Assembly (NCBI RefSeq): GCF_006345805.1
Contig: NW_021834154.1
Location: 1-58,874, forward strand
DNA from: Octopus sinensis
Lineage: Eukaryota
Reading direction: 5' to 3'
Length of the DNA: 58,874 nt
The notes under the pieces were generated by a model. That model was not told the origin of the DNA, made no database searches, and saw nothing but the letters and a program-made list of their open reading frames with translations. The position numbers and the translations under genes are program-made. Below are positions 1-12,429 of this stretch, piece after piece. The number at the start of each line of letters is the position of its first letter. Positions within the stretch are counted from its first letter, which is position 1.

Positions 1-470
1 TGTGTGTGTGTAGGATATGAATATTCATGTGCATGTACATAGATGTGTGCGTGCACGTGCAGGCGTGCATGAGAGGCTGTGAAACGACTATCTGCATACA
101 GTTATGTGCAGCTATTACTTAAGTAGGGCAGCGTAGTTTTAACGGTGTATCATACAGACGTGAAATCATACATACGATGACCTCGCTTCAGTTTTATGAA
201 TTTTTACCCTAAGGAACAACCAAAAACAGATCAATTCAGAAAGGTTCATAGAATATGCATCATACTGTTGCAGCGCTCTCATATATTTCACTTCCCTTTC
301 CAACATTTGTCTGTCTGTCTATCACTCTATCTGTCTCTCTCTCTCTCCATCTCCTCCCTATCTTCCTTTCTCTTTGTCTCTCCTTCCCGCTCTCTTTGTA
401 GGTGTGTATATTATTAAATATATTTATTTATATATATCTATATATTTATTTATTTATATATATTTTTTAT

Positions 471-535
<65 letters not shown>

Positions 536-568
536 TGTATGTATGTATGTATTGTGTGTGTGTATTTG

Positions 569-770
569 TGTGTCTGTGTTTGTCCCCCTAGCATGCTTGA
601 CAACCGATGCTGTGTGTTTACGTCCCCGTCACTTAGCTGTTCGGCAAAAGAGACCGATAGAATAAGTAGTACTGGGCTTACAAAGAATAAGTCCCGGGGT
701 CGATTTGCTCGACTAAAGGCGGTGCTCCAGCATGGCCGCAGTCAAAATGACTGAAACAAGTAAAAGAGTA
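569..770 (+). mobile_element. SINE family A (tRNA/CORE-like composite), 3' half
   Basis: Near-identical to the 3' halves of the full copies at 54518-54932 and 45376-45790 (GTTTGTCCCCC...GACAACCGATG...GGCGGTGCTCCAGCATGGCCGCAGTC...ACTGAAACAAGTAAAAGAGTA). Confidence 0.9.
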
Positions 771-997
771 TATATATATATATAATAATATATATATATA
801 TATATATATATACGTATACATATATATATATATACACACACACTATACATGTATGTATGCTTCTTGCAACCTCTACAATAGTTGTTAACACTCTGTTGAT
901 TAATAAGGCATTAAAACAGAATGAATCTCCCCAGACAACAAAATATACTTCAACACACGAATTTACATAAAGAATCTTGCAAACCAAATACAAAAAT

Positions 998-1041
<44 letters not shown>

Positions 1042-1073
1042 TAATATATATATATATTATATATATATATATA

Positions 1074-1278
1074 ATGCGACCGCGTGGGTACTGTTGGCGA
1101 TTATTTCCTCCGTCTTCTCTTCTTTGGATCTTTCCTTTTCCTATGTTTCTGATGAAGAGCTCCGCTCGAAACGTTAAACCCTCCTTCTTTCCTTCCTGAG
1201 CATCCAATAATACTATATTTGTTCCACGTCCTCGCGTTGTTGTGTTTTCTCTTTGTGTTTTCATGTTTGGATTAACCA
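1074..1278 (+). mobile_element. Short non-coding HHR-bearing element (PLE-end/retrozyme-like) between (TA)n tracts
   Basis: ~200 bp pyrimidine-rich unit with an HHR motif at 1145-1179. It shares a downstream TTCCTGAGC..ATACT motif with the elements at 31130 and 54225, and has (TA)n on both sides. Confidence 0.7.
1145..1179 (+). ncRNA. Minimal type I hammerhead ribozyme motif
   Basis: GTTT-CTGATGA-A-GAGC(TCC)GCTC-GAAAC-GTT-AAAC. Stem I GTTT/AAAC, stem II 4 bp, loopless palindromic stem III (AACGTT). Confidence 0.7.
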
Positions 1279-1809
1279 TATATATATATATATATATAAT
1301 TTACGTCTGTATATATAGATATATGTATGTATGCATGTTTGTTTAGGGTGGAGATTCCTTGTCGGCGAGGTCCAAAATCCTTCTGTTGCGACACTACCTA
1401 ATGTGAGATGCGAGTTCCGGAAGATGAGTTGCAACGGAATGCTGCTAGCTCCAATGTTATTAGAGTAGCGCCTTTCTAACCGATTCGTCTGGCATCACCC
1501 ACTTCTGCTAAGTTCAATCGTTCGGAGATCTAGCTTCCTCCGCTTGATCCACTGTTAGAGTCTTAGCTTGGTGTGGTAAAGGACAAGGACAGCTCTCCTG
1601 TGCCCTTGTTTGAACAGATCTTGTTTTTAGTTCTGACGGGTACCCCCACACACTCCTCCAAGATCCAGCAAGCTGAACCAAGAGGGGAGCCGGTTTAATT
1701 GCTGACGACCCGACCATGACTGAGAGGAGCGGGAGTACATGGTTACCCTGTCTCCAAGAAGAGACCTCAGCGCCATAGTATGTATATGTGTATGTATATA
1801 TTATGTACA

Positions 1810-1990
1810 TGTTGGTTTGTTTACGTCCCAGTAACTAGCGGTTCGGCAAAACGTGACCGATAGTATAAGTACTAGGCTTGGAAAACAATAAATACTGGGG
1901 TTAATGTGGTCGATTAAACCCTTCAAGGCGATGCAACAGTATGGCCCCAGTCTAGTGACTGAGACAAATAAAAGATTAAAGATTAAAGAT
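1810..1990 (+). mobile_element. SINE family A, diverged 3' half
   Basis: GTTTACGTCCC..GCGGTTCGGCAAAA..ACCGATAG..CAGTCTAGTGACTGAGAC followed by an AAAGATT tail. Confidence 0.8.
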
Positions 1991-2060
1991 AGAAGATAGA
2001 CATACATACATACATACATACATAATACATACATACATACATACATACATACATGCATAC

Positions 2061-2091
<31 letters not shown>

Positions 2092-2093
2092 CA

Positions 2094-2125
<32 letters not shown>

Positions 2126-2398
2126 CATATACATACATATAGATATACGTGTGTATGTGTGTGTGTGTGTGTGTAGATGTTTGCTCTGTGTGTGTAGGTG
2201 TGTGCGTGTGTGTAAATTTATTGACAGTGTTTTCGAAGTGTCGTCGAGAGTATGCATTTTCATTTAAACTTTGTGAAACTTCGAGGTTACTATCACCAAT
2301 AATTGGTATGACTATCGGACTTCATACTTGAGATATAAATCAGCCGAATGTTCGCCGGTTGTATGCATATTAACTCATCCATCACTTTTTTCCGTGTC

Positions 2399-2464
<66 letters not shown>

Positions 2465-2581
2465 ATCTCTTTCTATCTATCTATCTATCTACCTATCTAA
2501 CTATCTCTCTTCTCGCTCTCTTTCTCTCTCTCTCGCTTTGTCTTTATATAGATGTGGGTGCCGTGTACATGTATGTTTGTT

Positions 2582-2613
<32 letters not shown>

Positions 2614-2615
2614 TG

Positions 2616-2651
<36 letters not shown>

Positions 2652-2829
2652 TGTATGTATGTATGTATGTATGTATGTTTGTATGCGTGTGTGTATGTAT
2701 GCATCTACGTATGTGTGCATCCCGGATGAGCCAATATTTAAGCAAGGAACTCAAAAGAGGGCAGTAGCATCGAACTCCATCCTTCACCAAAAGCCGCTCC
2801 GACAAATGAGGAAAGTGGAAAGATAATCA

Positions 2830-2892
2830 CAATGGCGGTGCTCCAGCATGGCCACAGTTATTAGACTGAAACATGTAAAAGAATAAAAGAAT
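2830..2892 (+). mobile_element. SINE family A / LINE 3' tail fragment
   Basis: AATGGCGGTGCTCCAGCATGGCCACAGTTATTAGACTGAAAC followed by an (AAAGAAT)n tail. Confidence 0.8.
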
Positions 2893-3178
2893 ATATATAT
2901 ATATATGCGTGTATACAGTATGTGTGTATATATACATGCATGTGTACAGTATGTACTCGAATATATTTATTTTTGTACATGCACACACATATATGTGTGT
3001 GCATGTCTTTCTGTGTGTTTGAGTGTGTGTGTGTCTGTCTGTGTATGTGCGTGTGTCAGTTTGAGCGCTTTATTTTAACAAAGAAAAGGTTGTCGACCTT
3101 TTCCTTGTGAAAACGCTCTTGTCTATGAATTCAGTCAAATTTTTTTCTGCTGCTTTTGTTATAACAATATAAACACAC

Positions 3179-3240
<62 letters not shown>

Positions 3241-3463
3241 ACCACAACAACAACCCACGCACAGTCACACACGCAGCTATAAGCGCGTTCACGCACACAC
3301 ATTATCGAATCTTGGATAATTTTCCCAAAATCTCGAAACACGAATCTGATATAACTTCTTTTTTGGGAAAATATGTCTTCGCATATGTGTGGGTGTGTGT
3401 GTGTTTATCTTTCTGAATATATGTAGTTATATGTGTCTACCTCTTTGTCTTATATATAAATAC

Positions 3464-3509
<46 letters not shown>

Positions 3510-3642
3510 ATTTATGTATATATGTAAGTATATGTATGTATACATATATGTATGTATATGTATGTTTATATGAATGTATGTGCCAAACCTAATTATGGTT
3601 ATTTACATCAATACCTCTTTATATATATATATAGATAGATAG

Positions 3643-3715
<73 letters not shown>

Positions 3716-3771
3716 CATTATATATATATATACATATATATATACATATATATATACACACACACATACAC

Positions 3772-4941
3772 ACAGGGTGCGATAGGTAGATTGTCGCAAC
3801 TTTAATTTCACGCATGCGCATTGCTTGTTTTTACTTTTGTCGACTACACAGTATAGTAGGGTCAGTTGGGCACCGTCTGTGAGAAAAACAACACTATGAC
3901 GCAATCTACTCTGCCAGAAATTTGGAAACGACATCCTGTACTGTTTGGCATTTGCGCCGGAAGCTCCAATACGAACATTTCGGAGTGCTTGGGTGTCAAT
4001 GTGAGGACAATGTAGAAGATTCGGAAAGAGTTGGATTATTCTAATGATGATTACGAAGGTATGACAGCTCAGAAAACTCACTCTGATAATTCTGATAAGA
4101 AAAGAACTCCCCAATTTCTCGGTGAGATCCAGTCCATGATTGACGACGATCCCTCCAAGTCAATGAGGGTCATCGCCAGGATCATGGGAGTGTCTGAATT
4201 TCTTATCAGGCAGGGACAATGTTCATCCCAAGCCATCAAGGATAAGAGAAAAGACCGCGTGACGAAGCTTTTGAACAAACTCAAGCATCCCCTCCAACCC
4301 AAAAGTTTCTGCCAGGATCAGATGTTGAACACACAGAACAACCGTTGGCTTGTCGTGTCCCCAAAACATGTACTGAGACTGATAAAAAATCAAACATCCA
4401 ATCAACATCATGTTGTTTAGTGTGATCACTAGTGATGGCGATGTTATGCCTCCATTCATCTTCCCACACGGCCACAGACTCAAGAGAAGGCCTGCATCAA
4501 GTGCCTAGAGGAGTAGTGCTGCCCTTGAACAAGAGGGTGGTTGCTGGAAGACTCTATGTCTGGCCAGCAACAGGACTCTGCACCATGCCACCCAGAGAGG
4601 AGGACCCAGTCATGGCTGTGAGACAATTTCTGTGACCACATCACCCTTAACACCTGGCCACCTAACTCCCCAGATAGTAACTCCCTTGATTATTATATGT
4701 TGGGCGCAGTTGAGCGAGAGACCAACAAAACTCCTTGTAACACCAAAGATGAGTTGCAGGTGATTCCGAAGTCGTCTGGAGGCCGTGATTGAAGCCAGTG
4801 GCGATTTTATTGAATACTTCTACTCCTTAGTATTTCATGATATTTTTATGTAATTTCGGTAAATATATCTCTTAAAATGAGATGTCAGTGTTATTTTCAT
4901 TTTTGCGTAATTCAGACGACAGTTTATTTACCGTATCGTGT
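3772..4941 (+). mobile_element. Decayed Tc1/mariner transposon, maT/DD37D-like
   Basis: Frameshifted transposase motifs: HTH region IQSMIDDDPSKSMRVIARIMGVS, N.QNNRW, VITSDGDVMPPFIFPHG, QQDSAPCH (~4566), WPPNSPD (4655-4675), NPLDYY. Left end TA-CAGGGTGCGATAGG; degenerate right TIR near 4915-4941. Confidence 0.85.
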
Positions 4942-4999
4942 ATATGTGTGTATATATAGAGGTATGCATATATGTGTGTGTGTATATGTATATTTATAT

Positions 5000-5089
<90 letters not shown>

Positions 5090-5124
5090 TATATATATGT
5101 ATTATATATATATGTGTGTGTGTG

Positions 5125-5156
<32 letters not shown>

Positions 5157-5166
5157 GATAGATACA

Positions 5167-5234
<68 letters not shown>

Positions 5235-5260
5235 CATATGTATATGCACATGTATACAAG

Positions 5261-5316
<56 letters not shown>

Positions 5317-6109
5317 TATATATATATATATATTATATGTATCTATTATATCTATAAGTAATTTTGTATATATATGTGTGTGTGTGTGAGTGTGTATACA
5401 CATACATACATATATGCATACATACAGACAGAGGATAAACATATATATACACTTTATATTACATATATGTATAATTTCGTATGTGTGTGTCTGGATGTAT
5501 GCACATGTGTGCGTGCGTGCGTGCGTGTGCGTGTGTGTGTGTGCGTGCGTGTGTGTGTGAGCAACCATTTCTCCCTCAGCTCTTTCTCCGTCCCTCTTTC
5601 TCTGTTTCTCCCCCTCTCTCTCTGTTTCTACTTACTCTCTCTCTTCTTCTCTCTACTCACTCTCGCTTTAGCTCTCTCTCTCTCTCTCTCTCTCTCTCTA
5701 CGCTACGCCTCCCTCTCAAACTGCTAGCGTACATACACCTCGTTACACATCGATGCTACTACACTCTATCTGATTTGGTCATTAGTTTTTGAGTTTGAAG
5801 TTGCAGTCAACAGTCTGTCGCATCACGATTTACATACCTGTCGTCTATTTACTAAGATATTCCTGAGAGGCGCTCTGATTAGAAGTCGTTTGCCGTTCAA
5901 ATGTAGCATACAATAGCGACTAGTTGCACTTACATATTCTGGTGGAATTTCTTTTAACCATTTTTCTTGTTTTGGGGTTTTTGTTTTTCGATGGTTTTTG
6001 TTTTCGATGGTTTTTTGTTTTCTTTAGTTCCGTTTTTCTGGGGTTTTTTATATTCCTTTCTTTTTGTCAATTTTGGCAGTTGGCAATAGATTGGTAGTGC
6101 ATTCTTTAC

Positions 6110-6658
6110 TACCGTCATGTCACCATATTGACGTCGTCGTCGTCGTCGTCGTGATCATCATCGTTATCATTTCCATTATTATCACCACTGTTATTATCAT
6201 CGTCATCGTAGTCATCGTCGTTGTCATCATCATCATCAATATCATCACCAAAATTATCATCATCATCATCATCATCATCGTTCTCATGACCGTCGGCAAC
6301 GTCATTTTCGTTAGCATTACCAGCAGCAGTGACAACACTATCATCAATATTGTCGTCGTTGTCGTCGTCACGATAATCACCATCGCCGTCGCCAACATCA
6401 CCCTCATCCTCATCATCATCATCATCATCCTCATCATCCTCATCATCATTATTATCATCATCATTATCATTGCCGCCGTCATCATCATCGCGATCATCAT
6501 CATCGCCATCATCATCATCTCCATCATCATCATCCCCATCATCATCATCCCCATCATCATCATCCCCATCATCATCATCCCCATCATCATCATCCCCATC
6601 ATCATCATCCCCATCATCATCATCCCCATCATCATCTGCTGTCGCTGCTGCTGCTGTC

Positions 6659-6699
<41 letters not shown>

Positions 6700-6772
6700 T
6701 GCTACAGCTGTTGCTGCAGAAACAGCAACAGTGTCAATATTATTATCACCATTACCATCATCATCATCATCC

Positions 6773-6806
<34 letters not shown>

Positions 6807-7497
6807 GGGCAGCAACATCAACATCATCATTATCAAAGTTATCCACAGCTGCATCAGCAGCAACAGCAGCAGCAGCAGCGCCTTCCGCCACCGCCACCGC
6901 CACCATCATAAATAACTACAAATATCGAACCGACGAGAAGAACCTCAACGCAGTCATTCGATCTGTTAGAAAGAGCAGCAAAAATCTCCTCTCCTCTCAG
7001 ACTACACTCTGTACCGTCTTAAATATACAGATACGGTAGACATTCTATGAAAAGATGGGAAAGTTACGGATAGAGACTGATCTGGCGTTCAACAACAACA
7101 AGATCAACAACCACAACATCACAAGAACCTCAATATTTATTCAGCACTGCCATCGCCGTATATACATTCGTTTTCTGATCTTACAATACCACATAATCAA
7201 CACCACCACCGTCTTCATCACCACCATCACCATCATCATCATCATCATCATCATCATCTACATCATAATCATCATCTTCATCATCATCAACATCATCATC
7301 TTCACCATCGTCATTATCATCATCATCATCATCATCATCATCTTTACCATCGTCGTCGTCATCATCATCGTCATCGTTGTTGTCATCTTCATTATCATCA
7401 TCATCATCATCGTCGTCGTCATCGTCGTCGTCATCATCATCGTCATCATCATCACTATCGTCATCATCACTATCATCATCATCACCATCGTCATTCT

Positions 7498-7531
<34 letters not shown>

Positions 7532-7551
7532 GTCATCATCATCGTCATCAT

Positions 7552-7585
<34 letters not shown>

Positions 7586-7598
7586 GTCATCATCATCG

Positions 7599-7630
<32 letters not shown>

Positions 7631-7660
7631 GTCGTCGTCGTCATCATCATTACCATCATC

Positions 7661-7693
<33 letters not shown>

Positions 7694-8291
7694 ACCATCA
7701 TTGTGAGCAACAGCAACAACAAAAATAGGAAACACCTTCAAGCATCAACACCGACAATACTGCCTCATTTTTATTTATCTTTTTAAACAATTCATCATCA
7801 TTATTATCATCATCATCATCACCATCCTCTTCTTTCTCCTCTTTCTCATCATCATCATCATCATCATCATTATTATTGTCGTCATCATCACGTTTCACGA
7901 CAAAGGTAACAACATGAAAAAAAATAACGACAATTCATCGATACCGCCTACACCAATATTGCGCTCATCTTCATCATTATTGAACTCATATTTAGCATGG
8001 CAACCATCATCATCATCATCATCGTCATCATCATCATCGTCATCATCATCATTATCGTCATGATCATTTTTCACTATCACCATCATCGCCGTCGTTATCA
8101 TCATCGCCACCACCATCACCACCACTACCATCATCATCATCATCATCATCAACAATAACATCATCATTATTGTCATCTTCACCATCATCATCATCGTCGT
8201 CGTTATCATCATCATTATCATCATCATTACCACCACTATCACCACCACCATCATCATCATTATTACCATCATCATCATCACCATCATCACC

Positions 8292-8323
<32 letters not shown>

Positions 8324-8357
8324 CACCATCATCATCATCACCATCATCATCATCACC

Positions 8358-8389
<32 letters not shown>

Positions 8390-8656
8390 CACCATCATCA
8401 TCATCACCATCATCATCATCACCATCATCATCGTCAACGTTACCATCTACCACAACAATAACAACATCATCAACAACATCATCATCGTCATCATCGCATT
8501 TCTCATTACCATCATCGTCACCATCATCATCGTCGTCGTCTTTACCATCATCAGCACCAGCATCGTACACTTACACAAGCCTCATTACTTCATTCCTCAG
8601 CTGCAAATGAGCCGCCACCGACACCACCACCATCTCCTCTGTCATCATCATCATCG

Positions 8657-8689
<33 letters not shown>

Positions 8690-8830
8690 CCATCACCATC
8701 ACCATCATCATCATCATTATCATCACCATCATCATCATCATCGTCATCATCATCATCATCATCACCATCACCACAAACACCAACAGCACGTCGGCGACGA
8801 GCACACCGCCACCACCGGTGCTCTTCCTCC
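6110..8830. repeat. ~2.7 kb compound trinucleotide array ((ATC)n with GTC/ACC/CTG/AAC blocks)
   Basis: Visible triplet periodicity, a 15-mer CCCATCATCATCATC run at ~6533-6630, and short non-repetitive interruptions at ~6920-7200 and ~7900-7990. Confidence 0.95.
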
Positions 8831-9064
8831 ACAATGCGACATTTATAACGGCTTGGTTGATGTTTGTTATTGGAATTATTATTTTTTGCGCGCGCATGTG
8901 TGTGTGTATGCGTTCATGTGTGTTTGTGTGTGCGAGTGCGCGTGAGTGTTTTATTCCTCATTCAAAAACGTCAAGAGAATGTTTAACCTAAATAAACGCC
9001 GGTTATATATTCATGTGATATTGTAGTTGAGTTTTGTATATTTTGTGTGTTTAATAGCGTACAC

Positions 9065-9142
<78 letters not shown>

Positions 9143-9637
9143 TACATATATATATATATATGAATATATTTATATATATGCATAATATATATATATGCAT
9201 ATATATATACATATATATATGTATATGCATATATATATATATATGCATATATATATGTATATGTATATGTATAATATATATATATATATATATATATACA
9301 TATGTATATATATATATATATATAATATATAATATATTATATGTAGAGAGTGAGAGAGAGAAAGAGATACATATATATGTTTATAAATATATATATACAT
9401 GTATATATATATATAAGTATATAAAATATATATAAAACATATATAAGTATATACAATATATATATATATATTATATATATATATAATATAAAATAAATAT
9501 AAGAGAGTGGTCACTATATGGCTCACTCTAGCACCAGTTAATCCAAAAGGTTTCAACCACAAAAATACATGTTTCCCATGAAAGTCAGTACGATTGTTAG
9601 CTCACACGGACAGGGCAAATAAAAAATAACAAAAATA

Positions 9638-9731
9638 CAGATTATTTTGGGACAATTGTTTCGCTATTAATGATTAATGTAATTTTACTTACAAAAAAAT
9701 CCACTTGTAGCTCGTCAGCCAAAACTATCTG
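9638..9731 (-). ncRNA. Type I hammerhead ribozyme (mirror copy of 10516-10611)
   Basis: Reverse complement of the + strand motif; core, stems and GUC site are intact. Confidence 0.85.
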
Positions 9732-10515
9732 GATGAATCCACTCAATCACACGCCAGATTTTACCATAACGATAAATACGCGTGTGGTTCAATTGATTAC
9801 ATCCGACGTTATAATTCAAATGCCCCAACTAACAGCGCGCCAAACTTTCACGGAAAACAAATACAGCATTTAGAAATAAATGCAGCATAATTATAATTAA
9901 TTAATAAGGGTGAGAGAATTAGATACTAATTTAATAGTATATTTATTCAACACCAAGTGGCCTAGTGCTCCGAGAAACCTGGATTATAATATTTTATAAT
10001 ATATTATAATATTTTTACAAAATAAATATAAGAGAGTGGTCACTATATGGCTCACTCTAGCACCAGTTAATCGAAAGGTTTCAACCACAAAAATACATGT
10101 TTCCCATGAAAGTCAGTACGATTGTTAGCTCACACGGACAAACATGTATTTTTGTGGTTGAAACCTTTTGGATTAACTGGTGCTATAGTGAGCCATATAG
10201 TGACCACTCTCTTATATTTATTTTGTAAAAATATTATAATATATTATAAAATATTATAATAATCCAGGTTTCTCGGAGCACTAGGCCACTTGGTGTTGAA
10301 TAGATATACTATTAAATTAGTATCTAATTCTCTCACCCTTATTAATTAATTATAATTATGCTGCATTTATTTCTAAATGCTGTATTTGTTTTCCGTGAAA
10401 GTTTGGCGCGCTGTTAGTTGGGGCATTTGAATTATAACGTCGGATGTAATCAATTGAACCACACGCGTATTTATCGTTATGGTAAAATCTGGCGTGTGAT
10501 TGAGTGGATTTCATC

Positions 10516-10611
10516 CAGATAGTTTTGGCTGACGAGCTACAAGTGGATTTTTTTGTAAGTAAAATTACATTTAATTCATTAATAGCGAAACAATTGTCCC
10601 AAAATAATCTG
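10516..10611 (+). ncRNA. Type I hammerhead ribozyme
   Basis: CAGATAGTTTTGG-CTGACGA-GCTA(43 nt)TAGC-GAAAC-AATT-GTC-CCAAAATAATCTG. Stem I is 6+5 bp around a 2x2 internal loop, stem III is the palindrome ACAATTGT, and cleavage is predicted after 10598. Confidence 0.9.
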
Positions 10612-10877
10612 TATTTTTGTTATTTTTATTTGCCCTGTCCGTGTGAGCTAACAATCGTACTGACTTTCATGGGAAACATGTATTTTTGTGGTTGAAACCT
10701 TTTGGATTAACTGGTGCTAGAGTGAGCCATATAGTGACCACTCTCTTATATTTATTTTGTAAAAATATTATAATATATTATAAAATATATTAATAATCCA
10801 GGTTTCTCGGAGCACTAGGCCACTTGGTGTTGATAGATATACTATTAAATTAGTATCTAATTCTCTCACCCTATTAA

Positions 10878-10923
<46 letters not shown>

Positions 10924-11288
10924 TTAAAATAATATATACATTCACACACACACATATAAAAACATATCTATGTGCATATATATATTTGTTCATATTTATC
11001 TGTGTGTGTGTTCTGATGTCTCCACATATGTATGAGCATATGTATGAAACGTCGATATTATGTATCTACTGGGAAATTTCCTCAGTAAACAATTGCAACC
11101 CATAAAAAAAACCACCAGGCTATCATTTAGATCAGCGTTGTGCGCGTTGTGTATGTATAATTGTTTCTCTTATACGGCGTGTGCGTGATTGCGAGAGTTT
11201 GGCGTACAAACATTTGTGTTTCTGTATCCGTGCATCTGTGCATGTATGTATGTGTATTATGCATGTATGTAATGTATGTATATATATA

Positions 11289-11333
<45 letters not shown>

Positions 11334-11469
11334 TATATTATATTAATTAGAGATAAAACCACTATCAGGCAAATCATACAATGAAAAACTTAAGCCAATA
11401 CATAAGATCAATTAATTCATATTATTTTAAATATATATCAAAATTATTAAAAAAAGATAATTAGTATAA

Positions 11470-11532
11470 CACTACGATCGTTTCATGGCTGTCGAATTCT
11501 TAAAATTTCGAGTTACAGTCATTCTTCAGGTG
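11470..11532 (-). ncRNA. Type I hammerhead ribozyme motif in an AT-rich element flanked by (TA)n (~11350-11880)
   Basis: Minus strand: CAC-CTGAAGA-ATGACTGT(22 nt)ACAGCCAT-GAAAC-GATC-GTA-GTG. Stem II 7/8 bp, palindromic stem III ACGATCGT. Confidence 0.75.
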
Positions 11533-11994
11533 ATTTAAATATCTAAAATATAATCAGAAATATTTAAACAATATCTTAAAGATATAAATGATATATATAA
11601 TATAATAATTTTATTTATAATAAACTCTATTATCAAATTGGAGACATAAAACTTAACAATTTTGATTATATCCAAATCGACTATAATGTTAAATATTAAT
11701 TTTAATTTATAAGGTAGGAAACCCACTCATAATCTAATATCAATATTAGTCTATATCTAATTACATAAATATTTAAAATGACTAATATATATAAATTATC
11801 AATGAAAATATATGAATGTATATAAATATTATAATTAAGATCTAAAATAATCTCTATAAATATTTGCATATATATGTTATATATCATATATATATATGAA
11901 AGAATATTTACATAAATAATTATGATTCAAACGTTTTAACGATTGAACTTTATAAATTAGACAGACTGGTGGACAGATACAATCATGGGTAGAT

Positions 11995-12063
<69 letters not shown>

Positions 12064-12239
12064 TAGATAGATACTAGCATCCTTGGATTCCGTTTTATCT
12101 TAAATTTAGCTGTCTCCATTATAGTATTAGTCCTCCAAAATTAATGCAAAACTTGGTACTCCAATCATTGAGTGATTAATGGCATGTTTGGCAACTGTAA
12201 TAACTCTTGAAGAACGAACCAATATGTAAGACCACCCCC

Positions 12240-12320
12240 ATGGTCACTCACTCTGCTACAAACAACAATAAAATCTCACTCAGTCCGCTGCTCTAACCAC
12301 TAGGCCATGTGCCTCCACAA
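12240..12320 (-). mobile_element. Degenerate tRNA-derived SINE head (family C-like)
   Basis: CTCTAACCACTAGGCCATGTGCCTCCAC is the reverse complement of an A-box-containing head, as at 43120-43140. Confidence 0.45.
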
Positions 12321-12429
12321 TGCATATTATTAGTAAATACAAATTTGTTTTCCTTCAATGTCATCAGAAAATCTTCAACAAGTATTTTAATTAGGCTTAG
12401 TTTTCCCGTTAAATAGCCTTGTTACTCAA

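Larger units (their letters stand above)
9490..10880. mobile_element. ORF-less ~530 bp tandem unit carrying one HHR per unit, in a fold-back arrangement (retrozyme candidate)
   Basis: AAGAGAGTGGTCACT recurs at 9501 and 10030. From 10141 the same sequence runs in reverse complement and repeats again at ~10675. (TA)n on both flanks. Confidence 0.85.

Noticed and set aside
1700-1745. CTGACGA-CCCG..CGGG as a hammerhead
   Set aside because: No GAAA after stem II and no stem I or III.
12325-12370. Minus-strand CTGATGA..GGAAAACAAATTTGTA as a hammerhead
   Set aside because: No stem II and no stem I pairing; likely chance in AT-rich DNA.
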